This document shows, piece after piece, positions 23,882 through 34,059 of a stretch of DNA of 64,000 nucleotides. The translations under genes were made by a program, and so were the position numbers. The DNA is from an uncultured delta proteobacterium (GTDB taxonomy: Bacteria; Myxococcota; Myxococcia; SLRQ01). Position 1 is the first letter of the stretch; each line of letters begins with the position of its first letter. A model generated the notes under the pieces. That model had not been told where the DNA came from, did no database searches, and was given only the letters and a program-made list of their open reading frames with translations. Location of the stretch: assembly GCA_963727485.1 (NCBI GenBank), contig CAVSGM010000002.1, forward strand, positions 1,120,001-1,184,000. Direction: 5' to 3'.

Positions 23882-24953
23882 GGCGACCCGGGCCCGCCCC
23901 GGGGCTCGGGCACCGGCGGGCACTGGTGGACGACGGACGCCGGGAGCCACAGGGCCGCCGGGAAGGCGAGCCCGAGGCCCCCGACCTCCACCGCGACCGC
24001 GTCGTCCTCCCGGCGGAGGACCACCAGGGGCGTCCCCGCCTCGGCGGTGCCCACCCGCGCCGGCGTCGCCGAGGGCCGGTGGACCATCGGGGCACCGGCC
24101 AGGGGCAGCGCACCACCCGGTGCCAGGCGGCGTCCTGGGGGACGGGCGGGTCGCGGCCGGTGAGCGAGCCCCGGGGGTTCCAGGGCTCGAGCACCGACGC
24201 CGGCACCCAGCAGGTGAGGACCAGCTCCCGGGTGGGGATCACGATCCGCGCCGCGTCCCCCTGCCGTGCGACCACCCGGACCCGGGTGGCGAAGACGCGC
24301 TTCCAGGTGGCGACCACCGGACCGCCCCGGGTCGCCCGCAGGGGGACCGCCACCTTTTCGGGGAGGAGCGCGTCCTCGCCGCCGGCGGCGGGAGTCCCGG
24401 CGTCGAAGGTGCCCTTGCCCAGGCCCAGGGCGTCGCAGGGCACCGTGGCCCGGAGGGGCCGGGACGGCTTCAGCGCCGGCGGCGGCGTCAGCCCCAGGAC
24501 CACCCGGCCCCGGGTGGCGGAGACCACCTGGAGGTGCGCGGCGGCGGTGACCTGACCGAGGGCGCCGAGGGCGAAGGCGCGGCGCGGGCGCAGGGGCGAG
24601 GTGGCGACGGTCGTCCAGCCCCGGGCCCGGGCGCCCGCGAGGGCCACCTCGAGCCACGGCGCCGCCGCGACCGTGCCCACCGGGACCACCGCGGTGGTCC
24701 GCGATCGCGCGGTGACGGTGGCGAAGGGCCGGTCCCCCGGCCTCAGGGCCAGGGTCGGCCCCCGGGCCGCGGCACCGGTCCAGGTGCAGGCGGCGGCCGC
24801 CGGGCGCGCGAGGCTCGGGGCCATCGGCGGCATCGGGGCCGCCCGGGTGGACGGCGCCCGCGATCCCGCCGCCCGCGCCCTCGCAGGCGCGGGCGTCCCG
24901 GCGGCGGTGGCACACCCGGCGCCACCCACGGCCACCATCACCGCCGCGAGCAT
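23878..24953 (-). CDS. Hypothetical lipoprotein (frameshift near 24090)
   Basis: Lipobox-like GAGC; coding-like sequence switches from the 23712-25025 frame to the 23878-24915 frame near 24090. Confidence 0.5.
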
Positions 24954-25037
24954 CCGGGCAAGGCGCCCCGGCGCCCCCTGCACCCGCCGCGGCCTCCGTC
25001 CCCTGGCCTGCATCCCCGGCTGCATCGCCTCACGCCC

Positions 25038-26369
25038 TCACTTGGCGCAGGTGGGATCATCCTTCGGGCACGCGAGCAGGTAGTACGAGAGGCACATCTC
25101 GTCCTCGGTGCCGTTGCCCCAGTAGATGGTCTTGGTGCCCTTGGAGTTGTCCCAGTTGCACCCGAGGTAGAGCTCGTCGCCGGGCTTGAAGATCTCCTCG
25201 TGCTGCAGGTTGAACGAGTCCTGGTTGTCGAAGTCCCAGTGGGGGACCTCGAGGAGGCAGGTGCTGGTGCCGTCGGGGTGGTCGATCTCGGTGACGGCGC
25301 TTTTCCCCAGCTGGTGCATGTGCAGGGCGACGGAGAGGACGGCGAAGGCGTGGTCGGCGGGGATGGCGCCGCCGCCGAGGTAGCCCATGTAGGGCGTGGG
25401 GTCGGCGGCGAACTCGTGGTGGACGTGGGCGTCGCCGGCGGGGATGGCCATGCCGGTGGGGTCACCGATCCACCCGGTGTAGTTGGTGTAGAGGGCCATG
25501 ACGCCCTGGCGCTGCACGGTGTCGGCGAGCTCGAGCTCGATGGCCGACTGGTCGGGCCCCACGTCGGGGATGTCGGTGTGGTAGTGCACCTGGAGGACCA
25601 CGAGATCCCCGGGGGTCATCTTCACGCCCACGCCGTCGGGGAGCTTCTTGTCGATGCCGCCCGCCGCCCACACCCCGATGATGCGGGTGTCCTGGGTGGG
25701 ACCCTTGGCGTCGCCGAAGCAGGTGTAGCCGGGGCCGGGGTCCTGGTCGTCGAGGGCCTGGAGCTTCGCCTGGTCCTTCGCCGGGAACACGTAGGCGATG
25801 ACGTGGTGGACCTCCTGCTTGGCCCCGGGCTTGATGCGGAAGCCGGTGACGTACTTCACCTGCTGCTCGGGCCAGGGGACGATGAAGCAGCGGTACTCGT
25901 CGGGCTTGAGCTTGGGGGTGTAGGGCGCGGGGATCTTCAGGCTCAGGTCGACCCGGTCGAGGTGGGTGGGGTCGGCCAGCGTGATCTGCTTGCCCTCGTT
26001 CGCCGGGTCGCCCTCCTTCATGCCCTGCTGGATCCACTGGTCGAGGGTCTGCTTGTCGGCGTCGGGGAGCGAGCGGTTGCCCACGTAGTGGTTGCACCCG
26101 GGCCCCGGGGGCCACGGGGGCATGGTCCCGGTCATGATGTCCTTGTCGATGGCGCCGGCGACCGCCTTCACCCCGGCGTAGGTGGTCAGGTCCTGGGGCC
26201 CGATGTCGCCGGGGCTGTGGCAGGCGTTGCAGTAGGCGTCGATGATGGGCTTGGCGTCGTGGTAGTAGGTCAGCGGCTGGTCGGAGGTGCCCGGGCCGCC
26301 GGCGGCGCTGCAGGCGGCGAGGGTCGACAGCGCCGCGAGGGCGACGACGGAAGCGAGACGGCGGTGCAT
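25038..26369 (-). CDS. Copper type II monooxygenase-like lipoprotein with an N-terminal c-heme motif
   Basis: Lipobox LAAC; CNACH; HHVI and VHYH (CuH-like) and HMH and DEMC (CuM-like) motifs. Confidence 0.82.
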   Translation of the reverse strand: MHRRLASVVALAALSTLAACSAAGGPGTSDQPLTYYHDAKPIIDAYCNACHSPGDIGPQDLTTYAGVKAVAGAIDKDIMTGTMPPWPPGPGCNHYVGNRSLPDADKQTLDQWIQQGMKEGDPANEGKQITLADPTHLDRVDLSLKIPAPYTPKLKPDEYRCFIVPWPEQQVKYVTGFRIKPGAKQEVHHVIAYVFPAKDQAKLQALDDQDPGPGYTCFGDAKGPTQDTRIIGVWAAGGIDKKLPDGVGVKMTPGDLVVLQVHYHTDIPDVGPDQSAIELELADTVQRQGVMALYTNYTGWIGDPTGMAIPAGDAHVHHEFAADPTPYMGYLGGGAIPADHAFAVLSVALHMHQLGKSAVTEIDHPDGTSTCLLEVPHWDFDNQDSFNLQHEEIFKPGDELYLGCNWDNSKGTKTIYWGNGTEDEMCLSYYLLACPKDDPTCAK

Positions 26370-26516
26370 GGGGGTCCTCCCGGAGACCGATCGCGCAGAG
26401 GCTGCGCGAGCCTCCACCATGCCCGCCCCGAGGCGCCCCGGCAACCCCGGGACGACCCTTGACGCCCCCTGATTGACCCGTCAATCTCGGCGCCGAACCC
26501 CGACCCGGAGCCCGCC

Positions 26517-27713
26517 ATGGCCCTCGACTTCGCCCTCTCCGACGAGCAGCAGGCGATCCGCCAGACCGTCCGCGACATCTTCCGCCGCTTCGAGCCGAAG
26601 AAGGCCGAGATCCGCGACCGGGTGCTCCGCAAGAAGGAGTTCCCGGTCGAGATCTGGGACGCCCTGGCCGAGGCGGGCTTCCTCGGCGCCATGATCCCCG
26701 AGAGCTACGGGGGCACCGCCCTGGGCCTCCTGCCCATGGCCTTCGTGGTCGAGGACATGGCGGCGCTCGGCTTCGGCAACGCCATCCTCATCCTCACCAC
26801 CATGGACACCTTCTGCGTGGTGAAGAACGGCTCGGAGCAGGTCAAGCGCAAGTTCCTCCCGAAGATCGCCCGGGGCGAGCACAAGCTGTGCTTCGCCGTG
26901 ACCGAGGCCGACGCGGGCACCAACACCTTCCGCATCGCCACCGAGGCCCGGCGCGACGGCGACGGGTACGTCATCAACGGCTCCAAGACCTTCATCACCG
27001 GCGCCGACGTCGCCGACCACGTGCTGCTGGTGACCCGCACCCTGTCCCGGAAGGACGCCGCCGATCAGGGGCTGCCCAAGGCCTACGGCCTCTCGCTCTT
27101 CCTGGTGCCGACCAAGGCCGAGGGGGTGCGCATGGATCTGCTGCCCACCGGCGGCATCGAGGGGATGAACCAGTGGACGATCTTCTTCGAGGACGTCCGC
27201 ATCCCCGCCGAGAACCTGGTGGGCGACGAGCACGGCGGCGCCATGGCCCTGTTCAAGGCCCTGAACCCCGAGCGCATCCTCGCCGCGGCGACCACCGTGG
27301 GCGTCAGCCAGTACTGCCTCGACCTCGCCGTCGACTACGCCAAGGACCGCCGGGTGTTCAAGGACACCCCCATCGGCGCCTACCAGGGCGTCCAGCACCC
27401 GCTCGCCGACGTGAAGATCCGCCAGGAGGCGGTGCGCCTGGTCACCTACAAGGCCGCCTGGGCCCTGGACCACGATCTTGCGCCGATGGAGACCGGGCAC
27501 CTGGCCAACTGCGCCAAGTACCTGGGGGCCCAGCTCGGGATCGACGCCGCCGACCGGGCGATCCAGACCCTGGGGGGCAACGGGTTCAGCGAGGAGTTCG
27601 GGCTGCTCCACCTGCTCACCGCCATGCGCCTGCTCAAGACCGCGCCCATCAACGACCAGATGATCCTCAACTACGTCAGCGAGCACGTGCTCGGGCTGCC
27701 GCGGTCCTACTGA
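26517..27713 (+). CDS. Acyl-CoA dehydrogenase
   Basis: CFAVTEADAGT, INGSKTFIT and IQTLGGNGFSEE motifs. Confidence 0.94.
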   Translation: MALDFALSDEQQAIRQTVRDIFRRFEPKKAEIRDRVLRKKEFPVEIWDALAEAGFLGAMIPESYGGTALGLLPMAFVVEDMAALGFGNAILILTTMDTFCVVKNGSEQVKRKFLPKIARGEHKLCFAVTEADAGTNTFRIATEARRDGDGYVINGSKTFITGADVADHVLLVTRTLSRKDAADQGLPKAYGLSLFLVPTKAEGVRMDLLPTGGIEGMNQWTIFFEDVRIPAENLVGDEHGGAMALFKALNPERILAAATTVGVSQYCLDLAVDYAKDRRVFKDTPIGAYQGVQHPLADVKIRQEAVRLVTYKAAWALDHDLAPMETGHLANCAKYLGAQLGIDAADRAIQTLGGNGFSEEFGLLHLLTAMRLLKTAPINDQMILNYVSEHVLGLPRSY

Positions 27714-28534
27714 GCGGCGAGCGTGCCGGCGACGAAGCGGCGCGCCATCCGGTCCCAGGCGTCGTCCATGGCCGCGTGGAGCGAGGCGCCGAAGGCCTGC
27801 ACCACCGCCCCCCCGGCGCGCGACCGGAAGAAGCGCGTCATCGCCTCCACCTGCGCCTTGGGGGTGCGCGCCAGCGACATCCCGATGAGGCGCTCCACCG
27901 CCTGGCGCATCTCCTTCGTCCGATCCCCGAGCTTCGCCTGGACCCCGTCGACCACCTGGGCCTTGAAGCCCTGGGCGAAGGCCCGGCGCCTGGCGGCGTC
28001 GGCCTCGGCGGTGGTGGTGGCGCGCTGGACCAGGCCCCGGGCGCCGGCGGCGTTGCGCACCGCCAGGAGGTTCTCGTCGCGGGTGTCCTCGGCGAGGTGG
28101 GTCTCCTTCACCAGGGCGGCGGCGAGGCGCGCGTGCTCGGCGTCCGGCTTCGCCTGGGTCTTGAGCTGGGAGAGATCGGTGCCGGTGTTCACCAGGCGGG
28201 TGTAGGCGCGCCCGGCGGGGGTGTGGCAGAAGGCCACCGCCGCCCGGAGCAGCGGCGCCGGGATCGTCGAGACCACCTGCCGCGCCGAGGCCAACAGGTC
28301 CTTGGGGGCGTGGGTCGCCTCCACCAGGGAGCGCACCTGCCGGTCGACCTTGTCCGTCTCCGTCGGCGGCGCGGCGTAGGTCCCGGTCATCCTCCCCGCG
28401 TGGTCGGCCAGCCCGGTGAACCCGAAGCAGGTGAGCACCGTCTTCACCTGGCGCCGCACCCGGCGCTTCGGGGGCGCGGCGACGGCGGGCAGCGACACGG
28501 CGGCGACGAGGACGAGGCAGAGGGCGCGGATCAT
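27707..28534 (-). CDS. Secreted helical hypothetical protein (DUF2059-like)
   Basis: Signal peptide; two FCHTPAG/FFRSRAG-type repeats reminiscent of DUF2059. Confidence 0.55.
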   Translation of the reverse strand: MIRALCLVLVAAVSLPAVAAPPKRRVRRQVKTVLTCFGFTGLADHAGRMTGTYAAPPTETDKVDRQVRSLVEATHAPKDLLASARQVVSTIPAPLLRAAVAFCHTPAGRAYTRLVNTGTDLSQLKTQAKPDAEHARLAAALVKETHLAEDTRDENLLAVRNAAGARGLVQRATTTAEADAARRRAFAQGFKAQVVDGVQAKLGDRTKEMRQAVERLIGMSLARTPKAQVEAMTRFFRSRAGGAVVQAFGASLHAAMDDAWDRMARRFVAGTLAAQ

Positions 28535-29034
28535 GAGGGGCGGCTCCGGGTGAGGCGGGCGATGCGCTCGGCGTGGTCGGGGTGGCGGTCGGCGAGCTCC
28601 GGGCCCTCGGCGAGCTCGAAGTCGTCGAAGTCGAAGCCCGGGGCCACGGTGCAGCCGAACAGGCAGTGGGTCTGCCCGGCGTCGAGCTCGGCGCCGAACC
28701 AGGTCCCGGCGGGGATCACCAGCTGGGGCCGCTCGCCGGCCTCGAGATCGGTGCCCAGGCGGTGGACCTCGCTCGACCCGTCGTCCCGGAGGAAGAGCAC
28801 GGTGAGCGGCCCGCCCTCGTAGAGGTGGAAGAGCTCGTCGCTCTTCAGGCGATGGAGGTAGGTGCCCGGCTCGGCTTCGGTGAGCAGGAAGTAGATGGCG
28901 GTGCTCGCCGCCCGGGGCGCCCCGTGGGGCAGGCCCTCGACGGCGAGCGGGGCGCGGTAGGTCTCGGCGTAGAAGCCCCGCTCGGGGTGGGGCTTCAGGT
29001 CGAGGGTCTCGATGAGGGTGGCCACGCGATCCAT
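28531..29034 (-). CDS. Cupin, DUF985 family
   Basis: LKPHPERGFYAETYR, STAIYFLL, HRLKSDELFHLYEG and GCTVAPGFDFDDFEL. Confidence 0.92.
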   Translation of the reverse strand: MDRVATLIETLDLKPHPERGFYAETYRAPLAVEGLPHGAPRAASTAIYFLLTEAEPGTYLHRLKSDELFHLYEGGPLTVLFLRDDGSSEVHRLGTDLEAGERPQLVIPAGTWFGAELDAGQTHCLFGCTVAPGFDFDDFELAEGPELADRHPDHAERIARLTRSRPS

Positions 29035-29079
29035 GGCCGCACGGTAGCCAGATGCCGCCCGGGTGACCAGGATGGGCGC

Positions 29080-29643
29080 ATGCGCACCTTCGTCGCCCTC
29101 GAGCTCGACGACGCCGTCCGGGCCCGCCTCGCCGCCGCGCGGGATCGCCTGGCCGCCGCCGGCGCCGACGTGCGCCTGGTGGACCCGGCGCTCTACCACC
29201 TCACGGTGAAGTTCCTCGGGGAGATCGACGAGGCGGACGCCGGGCGCGCCGGCGCGATCCTCGAGGCCGCCTGCGCCGAGGCCCCGCCCTTCGACCTCGG
29301 CCTGGCCGGGGTCGGCCTCTTCCCCTCGTCGAAGCGGCCCCGGGTGGTGGCGGCGCGGATCCCCGAGGTTCCCGGCACCCTGGCCGCCCTCGCCGCGACC
29401 CTGGACGGCGCCTTCGCGGACCTCGGCGTCGCGGCCGACGGCCGGGCGTTCACGCCGCACCTGACCCTGGGTCGCCTCAAGTCGAAGCGCGGCCTCGACG
29501 CGCTCGTGCTTGCCCTCGGCGAGCTCGCCGGCACCGACTTCGGGACGGTCCACGTGGACCACCTGACCCTGATGCACAGCGTCCTCGGCCGCGAGGGGCC
29601 GAGCTACACCGCGCTCTTGCGCGCGCCCTTGCGCCCGGCCTGA
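29080..29643 (+). CDS. thpR: RNA 2',3'-cyclic phosphodiesterase
   Basis: MRTFVAL and two HxT motifs (YHLTVKFLG, PHLTLGR). Confidence 0.92.
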   Translation: MRTFVALELDDAVRARLAAARDRLAAAGADVRLVDPALYHLTVKFLGEIDEADAGRAGAILEAACAEAPPFDLGLAGVGLFPSSKRPRVVAARIPEVPGTLAALAATLDGAFADLGVAADGRAFTPHLTLGRLKSKRGLDALVLALGELAGTDFGTVHVDHLTLMHSVLGREGPSYTALLRAPLRPA

Positions 29644-30251
29644 CGGCGCTCGGCCTCGAGCCCCTCCAGGGTCCGGTCGACCATCCAGTGGAGATGGTCC
29701 CGGCGCTCCCGGCGGCCGGCGACGGACATGGGATCCTCGCCGAAGATCTCCTCCATCACCGGGGCGTAGAGGTAGTAGGTCGTCGCCAGCCCCGAGAAGC
29801 TCACGAAGATCTGCCGCGCCGACAGCGGCCCGGTCTCGGGCGCCAGGCCCTTGAGGTTCTCGGCGACCCAGCGGTAGAGGCTCGAGAGCCCCTTGCGGAT
29901 GGGGGCCATGGCCTCGGAGCCCGCGGCGATCTCCCGCTGCACCAGCGCCACGTAGCGCCGGTTCTCCTCGAGGAAGTCGAGGTAGGCGTCGAGCATCCGG
30001 TGGAGCTTCTCGCGCCGGTCGCCCCCGCCGGCGGCGCCGCGGACCAGGGCCTCGGCGTGGCGGGCGTAGTAGCCCTCGACCACCCCCTCGAAGAGCTTCG
30101 CCTTGGACTCGAAGTGGTAGAAGACCAGCGCCTTGGTGACCCCGGCGCGCTCGGCGATGTCCCGGACGCTCACCGCCGCGAAGCCCTGCTCGGCGAAGAG
30201 GGCGTCGGCGGCGTCGAGGATCCGGTCGCGGGTCTCCGGGACGCGAGCCAT
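29604..30251 (-). CDS. TetR/AcrR family regulator
   Basis: GFAAVSVRDIAERAGVTKALVFYHFESK HTH; divergent from the TPP-enzyme operon. Confidence 0.93.
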   Translation of the reverse strand: MARVPETRDRILDAADALFAEQGFAAVSVRDIAERAGVTKALVFYHFESKAKLFEGVVEGYYARHAEALVRGAAGGGDRREKLHRMLDAYLDFLEENRRYVALVQREIAAGSEAMAPIRKGLSSLYRWVAENLKGLAPETGPLSARQIFVSFSGLATTYYLYAPVMEEIFGEDPMSVAGRRERRDHLHWMVDRTLEGLEAERRQAGRKGARKSAV

Positions 30252-30260
30252 GGGTCCATT

Positions 30261-30362
30261 TAACCGGATGGTCAGGCCTGGTCAATGCCGGCTGACCCCT
30301 GTGGGGGTGCACCAGAATGGATCATCCCCATGGGTATGGGCCCCTGTTTGACCGATTGGTCA
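30261..30362. promoter_or_regulatory. Two TGACC-N4-GGTCA-type operator sites
   Basis: TAACC-GGAT-GGTCA (30261-30274) and TGACC-GATT-GGTCA (30349-30362) in the divergent intergenic region. Confidence 0.7.
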
Positions 30363-30430
30363 GGAACGTGGTAGCACCGCCTCGTTGCCGGGGGCCCGTC
30401 GCCCCCGGTCCCCACTCCAGGAGGTGCAAG

Positions 30431-32176
30431 ATGCGACAGGTCGTAGGCGGCGAGCTCCTCGCCGCGATGCTCGCCGCCGAAGGGGTCGACACCGTCTTCG
30501 GCATCGTCGACGGAACCTACCTGGGGCTGCTCGCCGGCCTCGAGAAGCACGGGATCCGTCTCATCTCGCCCCGCCACGAGTCGAGCGCCGCCCACATGGC
30601 CGGGGCCTACGCCCGGGTCACCGGGCGCCTCGGGGTGTGCATCGCCTCCAACGGCCCGGGGGTCGCCAACGTCCTCCCCGGGGTCGCCGTCGAGGGCGCC
30701 GAGGGGAATCGGGTGCTGCTGGTCACCAGCCATCGGCGCCACCAGATCGTCGGCCCCGAGCGCGGGGGCACCTACCAGTACTTCGACCAGACCGGCGTGA
30801 CCCGGGCGATGTCGAAGTTCAGCGTCCTGGTCCCCTCCGGCGACCGCCTCGGCGAGCTCGCCCGCAAGGCCTTCCGGGCCTGCTTCCAGGGGCGCCCGGG
30901 GGTGGTCCACCTCGACGTCGCCGAGGACGTCCTCAACGGCACCTTCGAGACCGCCGAGGAGGCGCGCGCGCCGGCGACCTACCGGCGCCTCACCCCGCTC
31001 GCTCCCGCCGCCGCCGACGTCGAGGCCGCCGCGAAGCTCCTCGCCGGCGCCGAGCGTCCCCACGTCCACGCGGGCAGCGGCGTCCTCCACGCCGGGGCCT
31101 ACGACGCCCTGGTCAACCTCGCCGAGGCGCTGGGGGCGGCGGTGACCACCAGCTGGGCCGCCCGGGGCGCCCTCCCCGACCGCCACCCGAACAGCCTCCC
31201 GGTCCCGGCCATGGAGACGGTGAACGAGGCCCGGAAGACCGCCGACGTGGTGGTGGTCCTCGGCTCGCGCCTCGGGGAGACCGACTGGTGGGGCAAGGCG
31301 CCCTACTGGGGCGGCGCCGAGCAGCAGGTGATCCAGGTCGACACCGACGAGGCCATCCTCGGCCTCAACAAGCCGCTGGCCCTGGGCATCACCGCCGACG
31401 TGGGCGCCTTCGCCGAGGCCCTCCTCGAAGCCCTGCCCGCCCACGCGCCCACCGCCGAGGTCGCCGCCGCCCGCAAGGCCCGCCTGGAGCAGCTGGTCGC
31501 CGCCCGGGACAAAGAGCTCGGGGCCTTCGCCATGGCGCTGGAGAACCAGTCGGTGCCCATGCACTCGTCCCGGCCGGTGGCCGCGGCCGACCAGGTCTTC
31601 GACGACGACGCCATCTGGGTGGTCGACGGCGGCAACACCGCGGTGTGGGCCACCTTCTTCCACGACGCCAAGGTCGCCGGCCCGGTGCTCGGCACCTGGA
31701 AGATGGGGATGCTCGGCGCCGGCCTCGGCCAGGCCCTGGGCGCCAAGGCCGCCTTCCCCGATCGCCAGGTGGTCTGCCTCCTCGGCGACGGGGCCATGGG
31801 CTTCCACCCCCAGGAGCTCGAGACCGCGGTTCGCGCCGGCCTCCCGGTGGTGTATGTGGTCCTGGTGGACACCCAGTGGGGCATGGTGAAGCTGACCGAG
31901 CAGCTCGGCCTCCCGGGGATCCGGAAGGCCATGGGCTCGGAGCACCAGGGCACCATCAACGCCGACCTCGGGCCCATCGCCTTCGACGAGCTGGCGCGGA
32001 CCATGGGCGCCCACGGCGAGCGGGTCTCCGATCCCGCCGAGCTCCCCGCCGCCCTGGAGCGCGCCCGGGACGCCGGCGTCGCCGCGGTGGTCCACGTGGA
32101 GGTGGACAAGAACATGCACCTGTTCGCCCCGGGGCTGCAGGCGTTCAAGGCGATGCACCAGGAGCCCGGGGCTTAA
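30431..32176 (+). CDS. Thiamine pyrophosphate-dependent enzyme (acetolactate synthase-like superfamily)
   Basis: PRHESSAAHMAGAYARVTG, GPGVAN and LGDGAMG TPP-binding motif; AGGAGG RBS. Confidence 0.92.
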   Translation: MRQVVGGELLAAMLAAEGVDTVFGIVDGTYLGLLAGLEKHGIRLISPRHESSAAHMAGAYARVTGRLGVCIASNGPGVANVLPGVAVEGAEGNRVLLVTSHRRHQIVGPERGGTYQYFDQTGVTRAMSKFSVLVPSGDRLGELARKAFRACFQGRPGVVHLDVAEDVLNGTFETAEEARAPATYRRLTPLAPAAADVEAAAKLLAGAERPHVHAGSGVLHAGAYDALVNLAEALGAAVTTSWAARGALPDRHPNSLPVPAMETVNEARKTADVVVVLGSRLGETDWWGKAPYWGGAEQQVIQVDTDEAILGLNKPLALGITADVGAFAEALLEALPAHAPTAEVAAARKARLEQLVAARDKELGAFAMALENQSVPMHSSRPVAAADQVFDDDAIWVVDGGNTAVWATFFHDAKVAGPVLGTWKMGMLGAGLGQALGAKAAFPDRQVVCLLGDGAMGFHPQELETAVRAGLPVVYVVLVDTQWGMVKLTEQLGLPGIRKAMGSEHQGTINADLGPIAFDELARTMGAHGERVSDPAELPAALERARDAGVAAVVHVEVDKNMHLFAPGLQAFKAMHQEPGA

Positions 32177-32185
32177 GAGGCGCCC

Positions 32186-33112
32186 ATGCACCCGGACGTC
32201 AACACGCTGCACCTCCACTTCAGCCCGGGATCCCTCCTCCTGTTGGACGGGATCCTGGGCCTGTTGATGTTCGGGATCGCCCTGGACATCAAGGTGGACG
32301 ACTTCCGGCGCATCGTGAAGGACCCGCGGGGGCCGCTCATCGGGCTCTTCGCCCAGTTCATCCTCCTCCCGGCGGCGACCTTCGGGCTGACCATGCTCCT
32401 CAAGCCCGAGCCGAGCATCGCGCTGGGCATGATCCTCGTCGCCGCCTGCCCCGGCGGGAACATCTCCAACTTCATCACCTACCTCGCCCGGGGGAACACG
32501 GCCCTCTCGGTGATGATGACCGCCATCTCCACCGCCGCCGCGGTGATCATGACGCCCCTGAACCTCACCTTCTGGGGCCGGCTGAACCCCCACACCGCGC
32601 CGCTGATCAAGGCGATCCACTTGAGCCCGCTCGACGTGTTCGGGGTGGTCTTCCTCATCCTCGGCATCCCCCTGGTGGTGGGGATGATCGTCGGCGCCCA
32701 CTACCCGGGTCTGGTGGACAAGGTGCGAAAGCCGGTGCGCATCTTCGGCATCGTGGTCTTCGTGGCCTTCGTGCTGGTGGCCATCCACGCCAACTCCGCC
32801 AACTTCCACGCCTGGCTGCTGCCGGCCTTCGGGCTGGTGGTCCTCCACAACGCCAGCGCCCTGACCCTGGGCTACTTCACCGCCCGGGGCCTCAAGCTCC
32901 CCAGGTTCGACGCCCGGGCCATCTCCATCGAGGTGGGCATCCAGAACAGCGGCCTGGGCCTGGCGCTGATCTTCACCTTCTTCGGCGGCCTCGGGGGGAT
33001 GGCGGTGGTGGCGGCGTTCTGGGGGATCTGGCACGTGGTCAGCGGGCTGACGATCTCCTCGATCTGGTCCCGGCGGCCGGTGCCCATCCCCGGCACCTCG
33101 GAGGCGGCGTGA
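32186..33112 (+). CDS. Bile acid:sodium symporter (BASS) family transporter
   Basis: QFILLPA, ACPGGNISN and EVGIQNSGL motifs. Confidence 0.93.
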   Translation: MHPDVNTLHLHFSPGSLLLLDGILGLLMFGIALDIKVDDFRRIVKDPRGPLIGLFAQFILLPAATFGLTMLLKPEPSIALGMILVAACPGGNISNFITYLARGNTALSVMMTAISTAAAVIMTPLNLTFWGRLNPHTAPLIKAIHLSPLDVFGVVFLILGIPLVVGMIVGAHYPGLVDKVRKPVRIFGIVVFVAFVLVAIHANSANFHAWLLPAFGLVVLHNASALTLGYFTARGLKLPRFDARAISIEVGIQNSGLGLALIFTFFGGLGGMAVVAAFWGIWHVVSGLTISSIWSRRPVPIPGTSEAA

Positions 33113-34059
33113 GCGGCCGACGGGTGCTGGTGACCGGCGCCGCCGGGTACGTGGGGCACCTGGTGGTCCGGGCCCTCGCCAGCCACGCGGACGTCGGGGC
33201 CCTCGTCGCCGTGGATCTCCGGGCGCCGGGGGACGCGCCCGCGGGGGTGGGGGTGGAGACCCTCGACGTCACCGACCCGGCGCTCGCCACCCTGATGCGC
33301 GACCACCGGGTCGACACCGTGGTCCACCTGGCGAGCATCCTCCGCCCGCCCAAGGACGGGGGCGAGGCGCTGGCCCGCCACGTGGACGTCGACGGCACCC
33401 GCAACGTCCTCGCCGCCTGCGACGCGGCCGGGGTCACCCAGCTGGTGGTCACCACCAGCGGCGCCGCCTACGGCTACCACCGGGACAACGCGAAGTGGCT
33501 CGACGAGGACGCCCCGCTCCGGGGCCACCCGCGCTTCGGCTACGCGAAGAACAAGGTCGCCATCGAGGCGATGCTCGAAGCGCACCGCCGGACCAACCCC
33601 GCGCTGCGCCAGCTGGTCCTGCGCCCGGGGACCATCCTCGGCGAGGGGACGAAGAGCCCCATCACCGACCTCTTCGAGAAGCCGGTGATCCTGGGGATCC
33701 TCGGCGCCGACTCGCCCTTCGTGTTCATCTGGGACCAGGACGTGGTCGAGGTCATCGTCCGCGGCGTCCTCGAGGGCCGCGAGGGCATCTTCAACCTCGC
33801 CGGGGCCGGCGCCATGACCCCCAGGGAGATCGCCCGGCGCCTCCACAAGCCCTACCTGCCGCTCCCCGCCCTCGCCGTCGCCGCGGCCCTCGGGGTGCTC
33901 CGGCCGCTCGGCCTCACCCAGTACGGCCCCGAGCAGGTGGACTTCCTGCGCTACCGCCCGGTGCTCTCGGGGGCGCGCCTCGGCTCGGCCTTCGAGGGCC
34001 TCCCCCGGAAGAACACCCGCGAGGCCTTCGAGGTCTGGGCGAGGGCCCATGGCCACTGA
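33109..34059 (+). CDS. NAD-dependent epimerase/dehydratase (extended SDR)
   Basis: VLVTGAAGYVG, VVHLAS and YAKNK; GTG start overlapping the upstream stop. Confidence 0.9.
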   Translation: MSGRRVLVTGAAGYVGHLVVRALASHADVGALVAVDLRAPGDAPAGVGVETLDVTDPALATLMRDHRVDTVVHLASILRPPKDGGEALARHVDVDGTRNVLAACDAAGVTQLVVTTSGAAYGYHRDNAKWLDEDAPLRGHPRFGYAKNKVAIEAMLEAHRRTNPALRQLVLRPGTILGEGTKSPITDLFEKPVILGILGADSPFVFIWDQDVVEVIVRGVLEGREGIFNLAGAGAMTPREIARRLHKPYLPLPALAVAAALGVLRPLGLTQYGPEQVDFLRYRPVLSGARLGSAFEGLPRKNTREAFEVWARAHGH

